Positions 27,901 through 41,027 are shown, counted from the stretch's first letter. The stretch is 64,000 nt of DNA from Chrysomallon squamiferum (GCA_012295275.1 CM022668.1:9424001-9488000), one strand, 5' to 3'. Made by a program: numbers and translations. Notes: generated from the letters alone by a model not told the origin.

Positions 27901-28582
27901 CACTCTCAAGTAGTTCATTTATTTGAAATAGTAATCAGTTTTCCTAGATTCTTTTTTGATGGCATTGATTTCTTTGCTAATTATAAAGTATGACAATATA
28001 ATAATGAGCTAATGTACAACATTTTATAGTGGCAATGATTTAATATTTTGTGATAAAGTAATATAATAACAAGCTTATATAGATTATTTTACACTAGCTG
28101 TGATGTTTTAATAAAATGTTACAAAATATAAAATTTTATTTCGATTTTTAAATTGAATTTGCAACCAACTATGTTAATAATAAATTATGTCAGTTATAAA
28201 ACAAAATTAGTCTCTGAAGGAGATCATCTAGAAGCTGACATTTTCCTTATTAAGATAACATTTTTCTGCAAATAAAATAAAACCTTTAGCAGTCTTGATA
28301 AAGGACTGTCAAATCAGTGTATCTCAATAAACTTTATGAATTATAACTGACATTCAAAGCAAACAGTTTCGGAAATTTGTAAGCCTGTACAAAGCCTGAT
28401 AGTAATGATTTGAAACTGTCTTTGTGAAACAAAATTATGGTGAAAATGATGAAGGTCTAAAGGTATGTGGGAACTTATCTTTAAATTTATGTCAAATAAC
28501 ATAAATATTAAAATAATGAATCTATATATATAAATAATAAAAATTAAAAAAATTAAAATAATTAATAAATAAATAAATACTA

Positions 28583-28617
<35 letters not shown>

Positions 28618-29493
28618 AAGCCTCAGTTTACAAAAGATATTTTAGTTTTCTCAAATTAATCCAAAGTATATATTCAATATTATATTTCTTAAAAACTACT
28701 TTAGTAAACATATGTGCTTTTTTTTTTTTTTTTTAAACTGTTTCAGGAAATCACATTGTGAGAAAAATGCTCTGAGATTAATTGTAGGAGTCTTGTCAAT
28801 TCTTTAAATTGCTGTACCAATCCTTAAAATTACAGTAGATATATGGTATATATGAACTATTATAATGTGTCTTAGTGAAATATTAGTGGTAAAAGTTACA
28901 TTATTACTGAAACGATAGTGTCGTGGTGTCAGCAACTGTCATTATCAACTGAATACTATTACTGAAAAGTGGCAGTGGAATATTGTAACAAAAACAAAAA
29001 ACAAATAATAATAATAACAATAAATTGGAATATAAACAGGGTGTCAGGTAATGTTAGTAGATGTGCCAGCTCAGATTAGTGAAATCGAAGATTATTCCAA
29101 AGAGATATCGGTTTTTTGAATCCTTACCATCAGTCATGTCTTCACTGGTTAGAACGTCTTTGCGGTGATGTTTGTGATGACGTCGACGACGATGTCTGCG
29201 ACGAGGTAGTTGTAGTCCAATGAAGACGGCATCGGCACCTCCTTGTTTTCTATGATCTGAAAAATTGAATCTTTGTTAATTAACTGAGAAACCTTACATG
29301 CACACACTAACACACAAACATACACGCACATACCTATTCCCATGTCATAACATTCAAAATGAAAAAATGATATAAATTTACCTTGAAGGTCAGCCTCACT
29401 GGGGTAGGGGTGGGACACGAATGACCCCATGTCCCGGATAGGCGCAGCTGCAGCATCGGCCTTGATTTCAGCTATTCGACTTGGAGTACCCAT
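2328..29493 (-). CDS. slc4a10-like: Spliced gene: Na+-coupled bicarbonate transporter, SLC4 family (NDCBE/NBCn-like, SLC4A7/8/10 and Drosophila Ndae1 clade)
   Basis: Exons translate to SLC4 hallmarks: [122 protein letters not shown]. The four-Cys glycosylated EL3 loop and the DQQIT motif place it in the Na+-coupled clade rather than AE1-3. All traced introns are GT-AG with matching phases. Confidence 0.96.
3152..3339 (-). CDS. SLC4 exon, C-terminal tail (EEEGILSDP...[14 protein letters not shown]...)
   Basis: AG/GT boundaries, 188 nt, phase 0 to 2. [13 protein letters not shown] resembles the conserved NCBT C-terminal motif. Confidence 0.9.
3878..4006 (-). CDS. SLC4 exon, end of TM14 ([29 protein letters not shown]...)
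   Basis: 129 nt, phase 0-0, AG/GT, conserved [11 protein letters not shown] motif. Confidence 0.93.
4057..4112. repeat. (CA)n microsatellite
   Basis: Seen directly. Confidence 0.95.
4496..4741 (-). CDS. SLC4 exon, TM12-TM14 ([15 protein letters not shown]...ISFPLM)
   Basis: 246 nt, phase 0-0, acceptor tttcAG at 4743-4742, donor GTAAG. Confidence 0.95.
4705..6750. repeat. Minisatellite of 61-bp and 87-bp units spanning the TM12 exon splice acceptor (29 copies including the real junction)
   Basis: Unit attggaatgaactgaaatacaaagcaagtcacagaaatattatacaccatacaacacaggc (61 bp), with or without a 26-bp insert acagaaacacaccatacaacacaggc. Copies counted by eye. Confidence 0.97.
6780..7660. repeat. 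Degenerate ~31-bp minisatellite (core tactgaaaat), homogeneous at 6985-7080 and 7390-7620
   Basis: Repeated units gtgtactgaaaatgtaacaccacatatagga and actgaaaatacacaaaaaagtaggcaaggaaatat. Confidence 0.85.
7874..7946 (-). CDS. SLC4 exon, TM11 ([24 protein letters not shown])
   Basis: 73 nt, phase 2 to 0, acceptor ttttacAG, donor GTTTGT. Confidence 0.92.
8422..8600 (-). CDS. SLC4 exon, TM9-TM10 (KGHGYHLDL...[11 protein letters not shown]...PKFLGVR)
   Basis: 179 nt, phase 0 to 2, AG/GT. Confidence 0.95.
9170..9331 (-). CDS. SLC4 exon, TM8 ([12 protein letters not shown]...[22 protein letters not shown])
   Basis: 162 nt, phase 0-0. Not in the ORF track; translated manually. Confidence 0.95.
10030..10290. 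repeat. Degenerate AT-rich tandem repeat (core aaaacaatgtaataa, ~30-bp period)
   Basis: Recurrent aaaacaatgtaataa motif seen directly. Confidence 0.7.
10549..11083 (-). CDS. SLC4 exon, TM4-TM6 with the Cys-containing glycosylated EL3 loop
   Basis: 535 nt, phase 2 to 0. Contains [11 protein letters not shown]...C...C, sequons NMT/NTS/NVT, and YVPDVFLLS...FFPTM. Confidence 0.95.
11382..11515 (-). CDS. SLC4 exon, TM2-TM3 ([10 protein letters not shown]...[17 protein letters not shown])
   Basis: 134 nt, phase 0 to 2, donor GTGAGT. Confidence 0.94.
11783..11957 (-). CDS. SLC4 exon, TM1 ([12 protein letters not shown]...[17 protein letters not shown])
   Basis: 175 nt, phase 2 to 0, donor GTAAG. 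Confidence 0.95.
12279..12385 (-). CDS. SLC4 exon, linker (ESRKTK...PNG...[11 protein letters not shown])
   Basis: 107 nt, phase 0 to 2, conserved LxRTGR. Confidence 0.92.
14805..14951 (-). CDS. SLC4 exon ([10 protein letters not shown]...[22 protein letters not shown])
   Basis: 147 nt, phase 0-0, donor GTGAGT. Confidence 0.96.
15130..15417. repeat. Tandem duplication, ~120-bp unit, about 2.4 copies, with an embedded variable (AT)n
   Basis: attgaacatg(ta)n-aatgagtatgctataactgttcctctttccctttgttgaagtctctcaatcac recurs. Confidence 0.85.
15468..15710 (-). CDS. SLC4 exon ([15 protein letters not shown]...[14 protein letters not shown]...LMSDE)
   Basis: 243 nt, phase 0-0. Confidence 0.96.
17520..17890. 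repeat. 20-bp tandem repeat (ttcaaagaggactatactga) interrupted by (AAT)n at 17677-17733
   Basis: About 7 clear units at 17520-17670 and degenerate units after the microsatellite. Confidence 0.75.
18106..18153 (-). CDS. Candidate 48-nt cassette exon ([16 protein letters not shown])
   Basis: Strong acceptor tattttgttttcAG, donor ATG|GTAAAA, phase 0-0 matching the host intron, open frame, GC-richer than flanks. Confidence 0.65.
20148..20270 (-). CDS. Candidate alternative exon ([32 protein letters not shown]...)
   Basis: Acceptor cactttcAG in phase 0 and an open, protein-like frame. The donor is uncertain. Confidence 0.4.
22082..22224 (-). CDS. SLC4 alternative exon 6b ([17 protein letters not shown]...[12 protein letters not shown])
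   Basis: 143 nt, phase 1 to 0, polypyrimidine tract plus AG, donor GTTAGG. Confidence 0.85.
22275..22423 (-). CDS. SLC4 alternative exon 6a ([15 protein letters not shown]...[12 protein letters not shown])
   Basis: 149 nt (128 nt from the inner AG, exon start 22402), phase 1 to 0, donor GTATGT. Confidence 0.8.
23575..23781 (-). CDS. SLC4 exon (DMVLDNM...HKHQNEK...[17 protein letters not shown])
   Basis: 207 nt, phase 1-1, conserved [12 protein letters not shown]. Confidence 0.95.
23781..23980. repeat. ~55-bp tandem repeat (3+ copies) containing the splice acceptor of exon 23575-23781
   Basis: tctgaaaacaagaataataaagaaca..tgtcattttctttctctaaaat recurs at 23781, 23837 and 23892, with a partial copy at about 23945. 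Confidence 0.85.
24071..24231 (-). CDS. SLC4 exon ([32 protein letters not shown]...)
   Basis: 161 nt, phase 2 to 1. Confidence 0.96.
24607..24748 (-). CDS. SLC4 exon ([11 protein letters not shown]...[10 protein letters not shown]...EWKETAR)
   Basis: 142 nt, phase 1 to 2. Translated manually. Confidence 0.95.
27114..27140 (-). CDS. Candidate 27-nt microexon (D-HVAAEINS)
   Basis: T-rich tract plus tAG, donor CTG|GTAAAG, symmetric phase 1-1 matching the host intron, no stop. Confidence 0.55.
29128..29256 (-). CDS. SLC4 exon ([31 protein letters not shown]...)
   Basis: 129 nt, phase 1-1. Matches the NCBT N-terminal HR..(Y/F)IG...P plus Arg/His tract motif. Confidence 0.9.
29382..29493 (-). 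CDS. SLC4 first coding exon, coding part ([11 protein letters not shown]...DMGSF...EADLQ); the exon probably extends as 5'UTR to 29595
   Basis: ATG in aatATGG context, donor AAG|GTAAA in phase 1, upstream acceptor ttttatctttacAG at 29597-29596, in-frame stop upstream of the ATG. Confidence 0.8.
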
Positions 29494-31356
29494 ATTTCTG
29501 TTGTTATTTTGTTGTTGTTTTGTGCGTTATAAAACTACTATATAGTCAGACTGCAACGCAGTGACATCATCTCCAACTAGGAGGCAAAACAAACTCTGTA
29601 AAGATAAAAAAAAAGAAATTAAAAATAAAAAGTTTAATTCATTTTTATTCACTTCTACACACAGACTTGTTTATATTATTAAACTATGGTGGACAATTAA
29701 AAAGAAAAAGAGTGGAACAGACAGAGAGAAAGAGAAAGAGTCAGAGAAAAGAAGCTGGGAGATGTAAAAACGAAAAGAAGAAAAAATTAACAAGGGAGAT
29801 AACAAAACATAACATCAACTAAAGAAATGGAAAGAAAGTAACTACACTGAATTAGAGACAGAAAAGGGGAGAGAATAATGTTAGTTAAGAAAAAACATCC
29901 ATTAAAAATATACATGACTGCTGCAGAAGGATCATAAAAATTAACTGAAGTTGAAATGTGCAGCTCATAAAAAAGTCCTTTATCATCTGTATTTAACCTT
30001 TTTCTATCTCTCTCCTTTTTTGTGAATTTAAATGTACACAAACACAATTTCACACATAAATTTTAAAAATTAAATAAATAATAGAAACATTATACTTCCT
30101 TTTAATCTATATATATATATATAAATTATTTCTTCCAGTATTTACTGTATTTTTAATATATAGTAATATACAAACAACTAAATAAATTTCTAAGAAAATG
30201 TATCACAATTTATAATTAACTAATATTTTTTCACTTCTGCCTTCCTGTATTTAATGTTATGTTTGTATGTTTGTATCCACACATAACATACCCAAAGACA
30301 CACCCACAAATATATACATTTTGAAAAATGAAATCTGGGTTGTTTAAATTATACATAATACATTTTTTTCTGTGTTCTCCATTTACTGATAAAGAAAGTA
30401 CATACAAAAAAAAATATATATAAATAAACAAAAAATGAAAAAGCCCAATGACAACATAAATTTTAAAATCTTTAAGAAGAACAAATATAGTGACATATGA
30501 ATTTTTTCACCTAAAAGAAATGGCATAAAGATCCTGATACGGGTGCTGTTTAATTTTTATCACATTATTTATTTATAATTTTCTGCTGTTTCCTATTTAT
30601 GAACACATAAATTTAAAAACCTGTTTACTTTAAATCTCTTTTTAATCATTTCTATTTACATATTTGTATTTATTTTTGCTTTCTTCTCTTTATGAACATA
30701 TAAATTTAAAAACCTAAAAGAAATTCAAGTAATGGACGAGTCTATTTTAAACTGCATTTATCACTTTTATCACCAAGATGAACTTGAATTTTCTTTACAC
30801 ATAAACATACAGACACATAAATCTTTTGAAAATGCCATAAAACAATTCACTATGAACAGTATTGATACTTTCTTTCTCTAGTCTAATTTATACACAGGAC
30901 ACATAAATTTACAATCCATAACAAAAAGAAATGACAGCTAATCCTAAAAAGGCTATTTAAAAACTGTACAAATATCATATATTATAGTCTATAATCAATT
31001 CTGTATTTTTTGTTTATTTTTAGCAGTCATTTTTTTGTACTCTCCTGTCACAATGAAGATTTACATTAAACTGATCAAAGTATTACTTGGTCAAGAACAA
31101 ACAGGTTCATTACGATAATGCTGAATTTTATTAGTTTCATTTTATTATCAGACACACACATACACACAATAATCACACGTTATATGGGCATTAGAATGTT
31201 TCATTACTAAAAAAAACCAAATATTTATTCATTTTTGACAAATATTATTTGACCAATTAGTCAAGAATGAAGAATTATTTTTGTTGAAGTGTATTGTAAA
31301 ATATATGATAACATTCAAAAACCTGAATGTTTTTCTTAATTTAAAAAAAACTTAGT

Positions 31357-31388
<32 letters not shown>

Positions 31389-31620
31389 TATATTGGTTTA
31401 CTTAACTATGGATTAATGTTTGACAGATTATGAGGTTCATAATTGTTAGACATCTGTATTCTTTTCAAATATTTATTTTTATTCAGAAATATTCTTGAAC
31501 AAAAAGAATCAAGGAAAAGAAAAAAAGAGATAAGTTGTTAATATAATTGACATTAAAACAATCAAGCATCACATATAATAAAAATATTTATTTTATATGA
31601 CAGATTTTCATTGCTTAAAT

Positions 31621-31655
<35 letters not shown>

Positions 31656-33430
31656 ATAACAATATATAAAGGATTAAAATATATATGTTAACATAACCAC
31701 TCATTTAGATACCATCTGTAAATTCCTCTATGCTTTAACTGCACAATACATAAAAAATAAAAGATAAAAACAAATAATAATTATTATACTCGCACAGAAC
31801 AATTTACACCAAAACATAAACACATTTTTACTTATCACTCACAGATCTTGTTAATTACACATCAACAGATAAATTATGTTACTGACATATGTAACATTTG
31901 TAGTCATCATCACCTGATTAACTGACCAAATAACTAAAATAAACAAAGGCAAAGCCTGCTTGTAATCTCTACATTATGACATCTTACCCATAAAACAGAA
32001 CCATGAACAGGTTAAACCAAATGGGGTTCCTGAAAACTAGTAATATATTTTTTGTTGTTTGTTTTTGTTCAGTGATGCACAACAGTCATGTAAGGCAGTA
32101 TGTAAATCAAACAATTTTTGAAACTGTTATGGTTAATTTGAAAAGCTTGTTAGGATAGGTTCTGGGGGCTAATACTTTTGAACAGTTTTAAATACAGATA
32201 AGGTGTTCTAACATTATTATTATTATGACAAACACGAAAACATGCACAAACGTGCACATACATATACACATATTACATTTTAGACATGTTAAAATAACTA
32301 AATATTAATTAAGTTTTTCCACTTATTCAGTTAGTGTGTGTGTGTATCTGTGTTGTGTGTAAAAGATACATCAAATTTCAGGTATCATGACAACTTAGTA
32401 AACAGAAAATCATTTTGCATTTACAGATGGTGTCAAGCAACAAAAACAAATCAAATAAAATTATATGGGTTTTTTTTTGCCATTTTTATATATATATTAG
32501 AGATACCTTATGTAAATATGTAACTGAATTGAAACTTGAGAAACACACATGGCATGAAAGGATAAATGATTACAGGAACGACCAATGAAAGAAAAACAAT
32601 TTAAAATTTTTGTGACATGTATTGATGGAACTGTTATTGATATTGGAATGTCCTTTCTGCACTAAGCTGTGACGACAGATTTTCAATAAATCTCAACAGA
32701 AACAAAGGAAGAGAACTAGAGGATGAAAAAGATGATTTGATCAAATGAATGAGGATGAAAAAGATGATTTGATCAAATGAATGACAAACAGAAGGACATA
32801 AACTTATAAAGACAAATAGAAATGAAATGAGAGAGAGAGAGAGAAAAATTTAGAACCTGTTGATTGTGATATCTGACAGTACTGCGTAGATATACATATA
32901 TAGTGCAATGTCCTTTTTGCACTAAGCTAGGAACAAATGTACTTAAAGGTCATAGTTTTTGCTGTATGTTATGTTACAAACATGTTATACACACAGACAA
33001 AATATTTATATAAATTATCATCTTCTTCTTCATCAACATCACCTACGTCATCTTTACTATGTCATCTTTAGCTATTAATATATTTTAAACAAATATCAAT
33101 GGTATAGTATTTCAGTATCAGTGGGTAGGTCCGGATGTGCTGTATTTAACTGTACTCTATCATATTACGTTTATTTTAGAATATGACAATATATTTAAAA
33201 CATTCGGAAGTACCACAAACATTTTAAAGTCATTTTAAGAAATATATGTTTCAGCTCATTTCAGTTACTAAACAGCTGCTATTACTAGTACCACTACCAC
33301 TGCTGCCACCACCACCACCACAACTACCTTTACTATTACTTAACTACTGCTACTAAAACTTGTAAAATGTTATGTATGAACATTGGAGCTAGTGTGTATG
33401 AAAACTGGATATACAGTCTTTTTATATTTA

Positions 33431-33468
<38 letters not shown>

Positions 33469-34184
33469 CACAAATACATTCACTCTAACATACCACAAAT
33501 AAATAATCACATTAACAGACAAAGTGTTTTGCAGGCTGGATAAACAGGACTGAAATGGTGGAATAGTTTGTTCACCCTTTACAATATGTTATTTATGTTA
33601 ACTGTTACATAATTGTAACCTTATAGCTAACTTTATTTGAAATATTTCTAAACCACAAGATACTTACAATGCCCTTTTGAAAGAAAATAATAAATAAATA
33701 AATAATAATAGTAATAATTATTAGTATTAATATTTCTATTATTATTACATATTAAAAAAAAAAAGAAAAAAAAAAAATGACCTTATTATTGTAACTAGTG
33801 TGTGTGTTCATGTATACAGCAGGAGCTTCAATACTTAAATTCTTTCCATACAAACTCGACTAGTAAGTCAATAAATGTATACACAACCTATTTAGAGATG
33901 CTATAAATGAGTTGGCAAAGTCACATCTGTGATGTACAGAGAAAGATCAAGATTTCTCAGTATTGATTGGCAATAGACTTTGCCTTGAACTAGCTAGCAA
34001 TTTAACCATGGACCACCTGATTGCAGGTCATTACTAGGGAAGGAACAAGGGATGGTTACAATTTTCAATCCTTCAGCAAACATGCAGTCTAGGAAACATT
34101 CCAAAAAGATTTCGTTTGTGTGTGTGTGTAAAGTACTCTTGGACCTTGCTTGACCCTGTCTGCTCCTCTTGTGTTTTCATGTCT

Positions 34185-34375
34185 GTTACTCTGCTAGACT
34201 GTATTCATATCAGCAAGACTCTGTCCACATTGGCTAGGCTCTGTCCCAGGCTGCTAGACTGTATCCATCTCTATTTGACTCTTGTCTACATCAGCTAGGC
34301 TGCTAGACTGTACCTGTGTCTGCTAGTCTGTGTTTGTGTGACAGACTCAATCCATGTCTGCTAGACTACATCCAT
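34185..34375. repeat. Degenerate ~20-bp tandem repeat (core ctgctagact)
   Basis: ctgctagact or ctgctagtct occurs five times, with related spacers. Confidence 0.6.
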
Positions 34376-34679
34376 GTATGTAGCATCCATACATACATCC
34401 ATATATGAGCTATATCATCTGTTGAGAGTTGAAGCCAATCAATCTCTGACTTTGTTGATGCAGACAGACTCCTCTGTTATTGAGCTCATGTTCTATTAAT
34501 ATCACATTCACTTTGAGACTGAGTAGCTGGAAATAACCACCTAACTGTTCTTACTGACTGGTGCCTGCGCACTGAGTGATAGTGGATTATCTTCCAAATA
34601 ATACAGCTGCTTTCTTTTTGTGCTGCTGCTGTGGTTTGCGAAAAGGAATACATGCTGGTTTGTTATACAAATATAATAC

Positions 34680-34693
34680 GAGTTACGTAACTC
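34680..34693. promoter_or_regulatory. Perfect 14-bp palindrome GAGTTACGTAACTC (PAR-bZIP/NFIL3 D-box consensus core TTACGTAA)
   Basis: The palindrome is seen directly. Function is inferred from the motif only. Confidence 0.35.
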
Positions 34694-36046
34694 CTTTCAC
34701 CTTGAAATGACTCTTGTTATAGATTCAGAATAAAAAAATTAAAAGAAATTAAATAAATAAAATGTTGATTAGTTATCCATTGCATATTTGTACTGGATTT
34801 CATCAATTTGGCGTCAGTTTGCAATTTTAATACATAATCAACAACATTTAATATACCTGTATGTAAATACTGTAATTTAAACCTAAGAAAACAATATTAC
34901 ATATTATTTTCAACCTGCTGTTTAGCATACCTCTTAGTGGTCTACTATTACAAATTATTACATAAAAAATATTTCAATAAAGTACAACTTAAATATATAT
35001 TTTTTTTTTTTAAATTTGCAAGGTTTTATGTAAAAACCAGATGTTTTATGTAACAAAGTGACATCACTAAGTTATAAAAACTTGTAATATACTGACTGTG
35101 ACATCTATGTCAGTTTTAAGAATGTCACAGTAAAACAATACACTGTATAACATACCTACATCAATATCAGTTTTACATTATTACACAAAGTGTAACAAAG
35201 ATTGTAATGTCAGGGTAACATTAAGTCATTTAAAATTTAGACTAATTATGTATTATTAAAACCCTGACTATACCTAATTATATAATTGTAAAACAGTTAA
35301 CAGTGTATAACAAACTACTACTATGTAATAAATTGTAGGCTATACATACAGTAACAGTTATTTTCAAAACAAAAACACCTGACATAATACATGTTTAATC
35401 ACATTTATGTAATAAAAACATGTAACAATTTGTTTTGGCAGCTTTGAAACACTGTTGTCAAAAATCAAGGTAAAACTTGAACCATCTGGATTTTAAATCA
35501 TATGACTATATATGGGGACTCTTTGTGGATGTATTATTATTATTATTATTATTGATAAGCATGTACATGTGTGTCTGTGTGTGATAAATACAATGGCAAA
35601 TGTTGTATTTCACAAAGTCATTACACTAAATTAAGTTTCATGCCAAATTAACACTGTCAAAAACATAAATTAAGCATCAGACGTTCTTTGTATTAATAAC
35701 ACAATGGCAGAGAACAAGTTCCTCTATAAACTATAGCAATATTAAATTACAGTGCTATAATAATTATATAGCATGGCTAACAGCAGCAAAAAGCTGCAGT
35801 TGAAATCTAGTCAAGCAGAACATTTTTTAGATATATTATATATTTGGCTGATTACCTGTAGAATAACCTTTTTTTTTTTTTTTTTTTTTTAATCTCTGTG
35901 TGTTTTCATGTAAAAACATGGTGTTTTGAACTGTTTTTATCTATACACTGGTTTAATCTAGTCCTTGTTAATTTACAGTGCATAGAACATCAAAGGCCAT
36001 GGTTCTCAATATAATACTCTATGTGTGTGTGTGGTTTTGTTTTTTC

Positions 36047-36108
<62 letters not shown>

Positions 36109-39100
36109 CCAATCATATTTGATGTCTAATAATGTATTAAATAATGATGTAGTAACAAAATAATCATTTACTAAGTTTCACAGAAATGTAATAGGTGTAT
36201 ATGTGTTTTTATGTATAAATTCTTAGTTGTTTTGTCTGTATGTACATTTTATACTCTTTGCAACAATTATATTTAGTAAAATTATACAGGCTATAATCCT
36301 ACAGTTAATAAAGAACAAATGCATCTATAGACATGCTAAACCATTTTGTTTAAAAAAATTAGTCAGTGTATAATCTGGTTTGAATATAAATGCTTTTCTA
36401 TATTGAAATAGTTTGTATGTTCTTCAGCATTTTTTTGAACAAACAAACAGTACTAATGAACTTTAAAGACTGGTTATTTTAGAAATGTGTGGGTTGCAAG
36501 GAAATAATTTGTCTCATTCTAAATTAAAGGTTCATTTGCAGCATAGCATGTGCTATTTCACTATTCACCTATCTATTCTTGGAAAAATGGTGGTAAAAAT
36601 AAAACACTGATATAAATCTCAGGTTCAAAAACAGTATATACAGTCCCTTTTTAAATTCCAATTAATGTCTTATTTTATCGTACTGTGAAACTCATTATAT
36701 ATATATCCCATACAGTGATGACATACCTCACTGCTAAAATCCTGTATCAGGCCCTGGATTAAGTTTTGTTTCAAATAATGCATAAATAAATCTAAATGTT
36801 CACAACACAAATATATATCCACACGTACAAAATCACCACCAATAATTGTAGGCACAGTAGTAGTGTTGTAAATAAATATTTCACATTTGATTGACATAGA
36901 AACAAAATATTAGAATTTAAGCTGAAAAAATTAGCACTAGTTAAAAAAGTAATTTAATTATAGTGAAATATAAACAGTTTCTATTTGTCTTTCCATCAAC
37001 CTCCTCTCCTCTCTCTCTTTCAGTATTTACTATTTTTTGTAAGTGAATATATATTAAAAAAAAACCTGTTTCTTCTTCATCAACAAATAAATAAATATCA
37101 CATTACCTTTTCAATCACAAACCAATATTTAGAAACAATGAAGTAAAAACATATAGTTATCCAGAGTTTTTAAAACCATGTGCAGTTAGCTAAAACACAG
37201 TGCTTATTAAAACATCTGCACAGAAATCAAACACACTAAGTGTTTTAATCTTGGTACTACCAACATATTAGATTATCTAGAACTTGAGTAGTCCGAACTA
37301 GGTTAAGCTGGGGACACCAGAAATGGGTCAGTAATAAAGATTAGCGTCTACCAGGTGCTATCTGAAAAGTTTTTGTAGACAGGTGGGCAATAGACAAACA
37401 ATGTAATTTATTTCTATGGCATCTGGATATGTCAGGTGAAAAAAGAAAAAAAAGAAAGATAGAAAGACAACTGAAACTACAGAAAATCATGTCAAAGGTT
37501 AATAAACTAGAGGTCAAGAGTTTCTGCCTTATGAACAAAGATAAACAGCTTTTAAGACTTTTTATGTGTAAAATGATTTTGTTTTCATAACAAACTTTTG
37601 TTTTAACAATAGCTAGATCAGTAGATGTATACATTAAAATAAAATAAATATGAATAAAAATCCCCATATAAATACACACAAATGTACTCTATGTCCAGTG
37701 TAACAGATACACACATAAATGCAATCACTCACACACACATGCACATACATACACACACTTTCTAAAACAAAGACCTGTACAAAATTCTCTCACCTTTTAG
37801 CCAAAGAGAAAGAAAGGAAAAAACCAGACAGTTTATTTTTAAACCTGTGACAATCTCAAATAAACAATCATTCTCAGCTAATGGAAGAAACGAAGTCAGC
37901 TCCATCAGGCATGTACACGAACACTTTAACACGTCTTTATTCAGTCAACAAATACCTCAACTGCAACTGCATTTCAGTGCCTTCTTAAATATGTTCAGTT
38001 TACAAGTACACGAATATTTTTGTTTGAAGTTAATAATAATAATAATAATAACTCAAACATGTTAAAAAGTAAATGTATATATTCAAGATTTCTTTTTAAC
38101 ATGTGTGTACATGAATAACAAGCTCAAACTTCATTATTTCAAATTTTCCTTCATATGTGAAGTTACTACACAAAAGCAGTAAGAACAACACTTTTACGTA
38201 CAGTCCTATAAATATTTCAGATTTTCATTCATTATAAAAGTATAAGTTGTTAAATGTCAACATTATTTAAAAAAAATTAAGTGTATTAGTGATTTGCAGT
38301 ACAACATAACTGATATTTCAGATATTCATTTCTATAAAACTGTAAGCTGTTAGGGACAACATTATCATGGAAATGTCATCTAAAATTTCCATTCATGTAG
38401 TCCTTTTTTTTTTTACACTAATACTGTCACATACAACATTGTCCTTATTACAGATTTTCAATCACATGGTCATTTAACTGTACAACTCAGCTGTCATTTC
38501 ACATTTTCATTCACATCTTCCATTAACATCACCAGACTTCTGCACCATTGTTACTTTGTTACACCACGAATATATCCCATAAGCATCAGTGCTGACATGG
38601 ACAGCAATGTGATTTATTATTTGTTATTGACATTATCAACTGTTCTTGGCCAAAATAAGACTTTCCTTTTCTTAAGAAGTAATAATTATAATGATTGTAA
38701 TGATGATGATGATGATTTCATGGTACCACTGATGCTTGCAGCATTCTAATGAACATACAGCTGATAGAATGTTAATAATATCATCAATATAAATAATATA
38801 CATACTGCCTTTGTAAAATATGCACACATCTCAGTACTGTTATTATCATCAAAAGTGTTTTTCCTTGATATTGTTGTCATTGTCATCATCACTATCATTT
38901 TAATTAATTTTTCTCAGTTTAATTTTCATCTTCATCATAATAAACATTGTTATTTTTACTTTAATATGACTTTATTTCAGATTAACATCACGATCACGAA
39001 CATCTTTATCTAACCATAGTGATTTTATCATCCTCAACATTAATATAAAGATCTAACATAATCTGAAATTCATCTTTATCATTACAATTATCATTTATTT

Positions 39101-41027
39101 CTCTTCAGCATTATCAGCTTTTTATTCTACAATATGATTTTCATCATCAACATTATGACCTGAAAATCGTCATCATCGTTATCATCATCATCACATCTTT
39201 ATTATGATCTTATATCATATCATCATAAATATAATGGCTTTATAGGACCTTCATATTAGCATCAGTGTTTTTATTTTACCTTAATATTGTCATCAACAGT
39301 ATCTTTATCTCACAATGTTATCCATGTCAACAGTGTTTTTATCTCAATGTTATCATTACTAGCAGTGTCTTTATATGACTGTAATATTATCATTATCAAC
39401 AGTATCTGTATATCACTTTACTACTATCTTCAGCAGTTTTTATCTTACTTAATGTTATTATCAACAACTGTGTTTATTGCACCTTATTATCATCATCAAA
39501 ACATTGGCTATACACGACCATAATATTATCAATAATACACTGTCTCTATCACTCACTGGTAACAGTATCATCATCAACAGTGTCCTTATCTCACCTTAAT
39601 ACTCTCATCATCATCACCACCATCACCACCATCATATGAATTGAGCACAGAAATGTCTTCACGTGGTATATTTTTCCTACTAGTATACTATAAAAACCTT
39701 ACAGAGAATAGCAGTAAATAGTTATATAGATACGATGCTACAAATCAATACACAGTAAACACATTGATAAACATAATTACACTCATCTACTCAAACTACT
39801 AGCCTCAAATACTCCACGACAACAATCCTTCGTACAACCAGTGTTGTAAATTTATCTCTCAGTTTTGTCAACTGTGAAGATGTTATCATGATATGTATGT
39901 AACAAATTCACATTCATATTAATATTTGTTTACGAACACGTACAAGTTCCTGCAAGTAGAAATTGAAAAATACAAGCTCTAGTCATACAACTGAAGATAC
40001 GAACTCATAAACTAGATTCAATGAAAAAGAAATCAAAGAAATGTTTTTTAATTAACTACATGGCTTTCAATAAGCTGTCAAATGCATTATTAAAAATACT
40101 CCTGCTGTATTTTGCTGAATTGTGGAACTCTGACCTGAAGAAATAAATTAAATATATTATTGTAACAGTAAACAGATCAGACTTATCACCAAGCAGGGGA
40201 AGCCACTCTGTTTGATCAAGAAAAATGATAAATAAATAAATTTAAAAAACAATCCAGAAAATATTTAACCAGTGTTCATATTTCAAGGTAATTCTAATCT
40301 TGTTGAAAATACTGAAGTATGAATTTATATTTGATCTAAACAAAATGAAAACGACTGATGACTATTTGACTTGATGGGAATTCAGAATGTGATAAATGTT
40401 CTTCAGAAAAAATTAGTTATGTTACAATGACTGAATGAATGATTATCAATATCTGAGCACCAAATTGTATCAGTTATTGGCTATCATACAGAGGTAAACA
40501 CAAAAATATTAATTAATTAATTAATATTTAAAATATAACAGAGTATATATGGTTGAGCCCAACAGAAAACTGACAAATATGATGATGTTTAAAAATGTTA
40601 TATTAACATTATAGATTGTATAATGCTACAGTAAATAAATATCAAAGTAAATATTTTTAAATATATGTCTTTTAGCATTGATTAACTGGTATTTAGTTGT
40701 CTTTATTGTTTTTGTTTTTCCATATTATTGTAATTATTATTAGTAGTGGTAACATTATGGAAACGAACTGTTATTTTTGTAGTAATATTAGTATTATTTA
40801 TTTATTACAATTTATTGTATTTGAATTTAATTGTGTTTTATAATATCACATATATAACATATTGGTAACTGTTTATATACAGTAAATATTAAAATTTTAA
40901 TTTAAGGGTTTCATTAAGATGACATTTTTAATCTTCCTGACACATATACTTTTTGTCTAAGACATTTGCAAGAATCTTTTAATATTTTTTATTAATTTAA
41001 TAATAAAAACTATAAAATAAAAATAAA

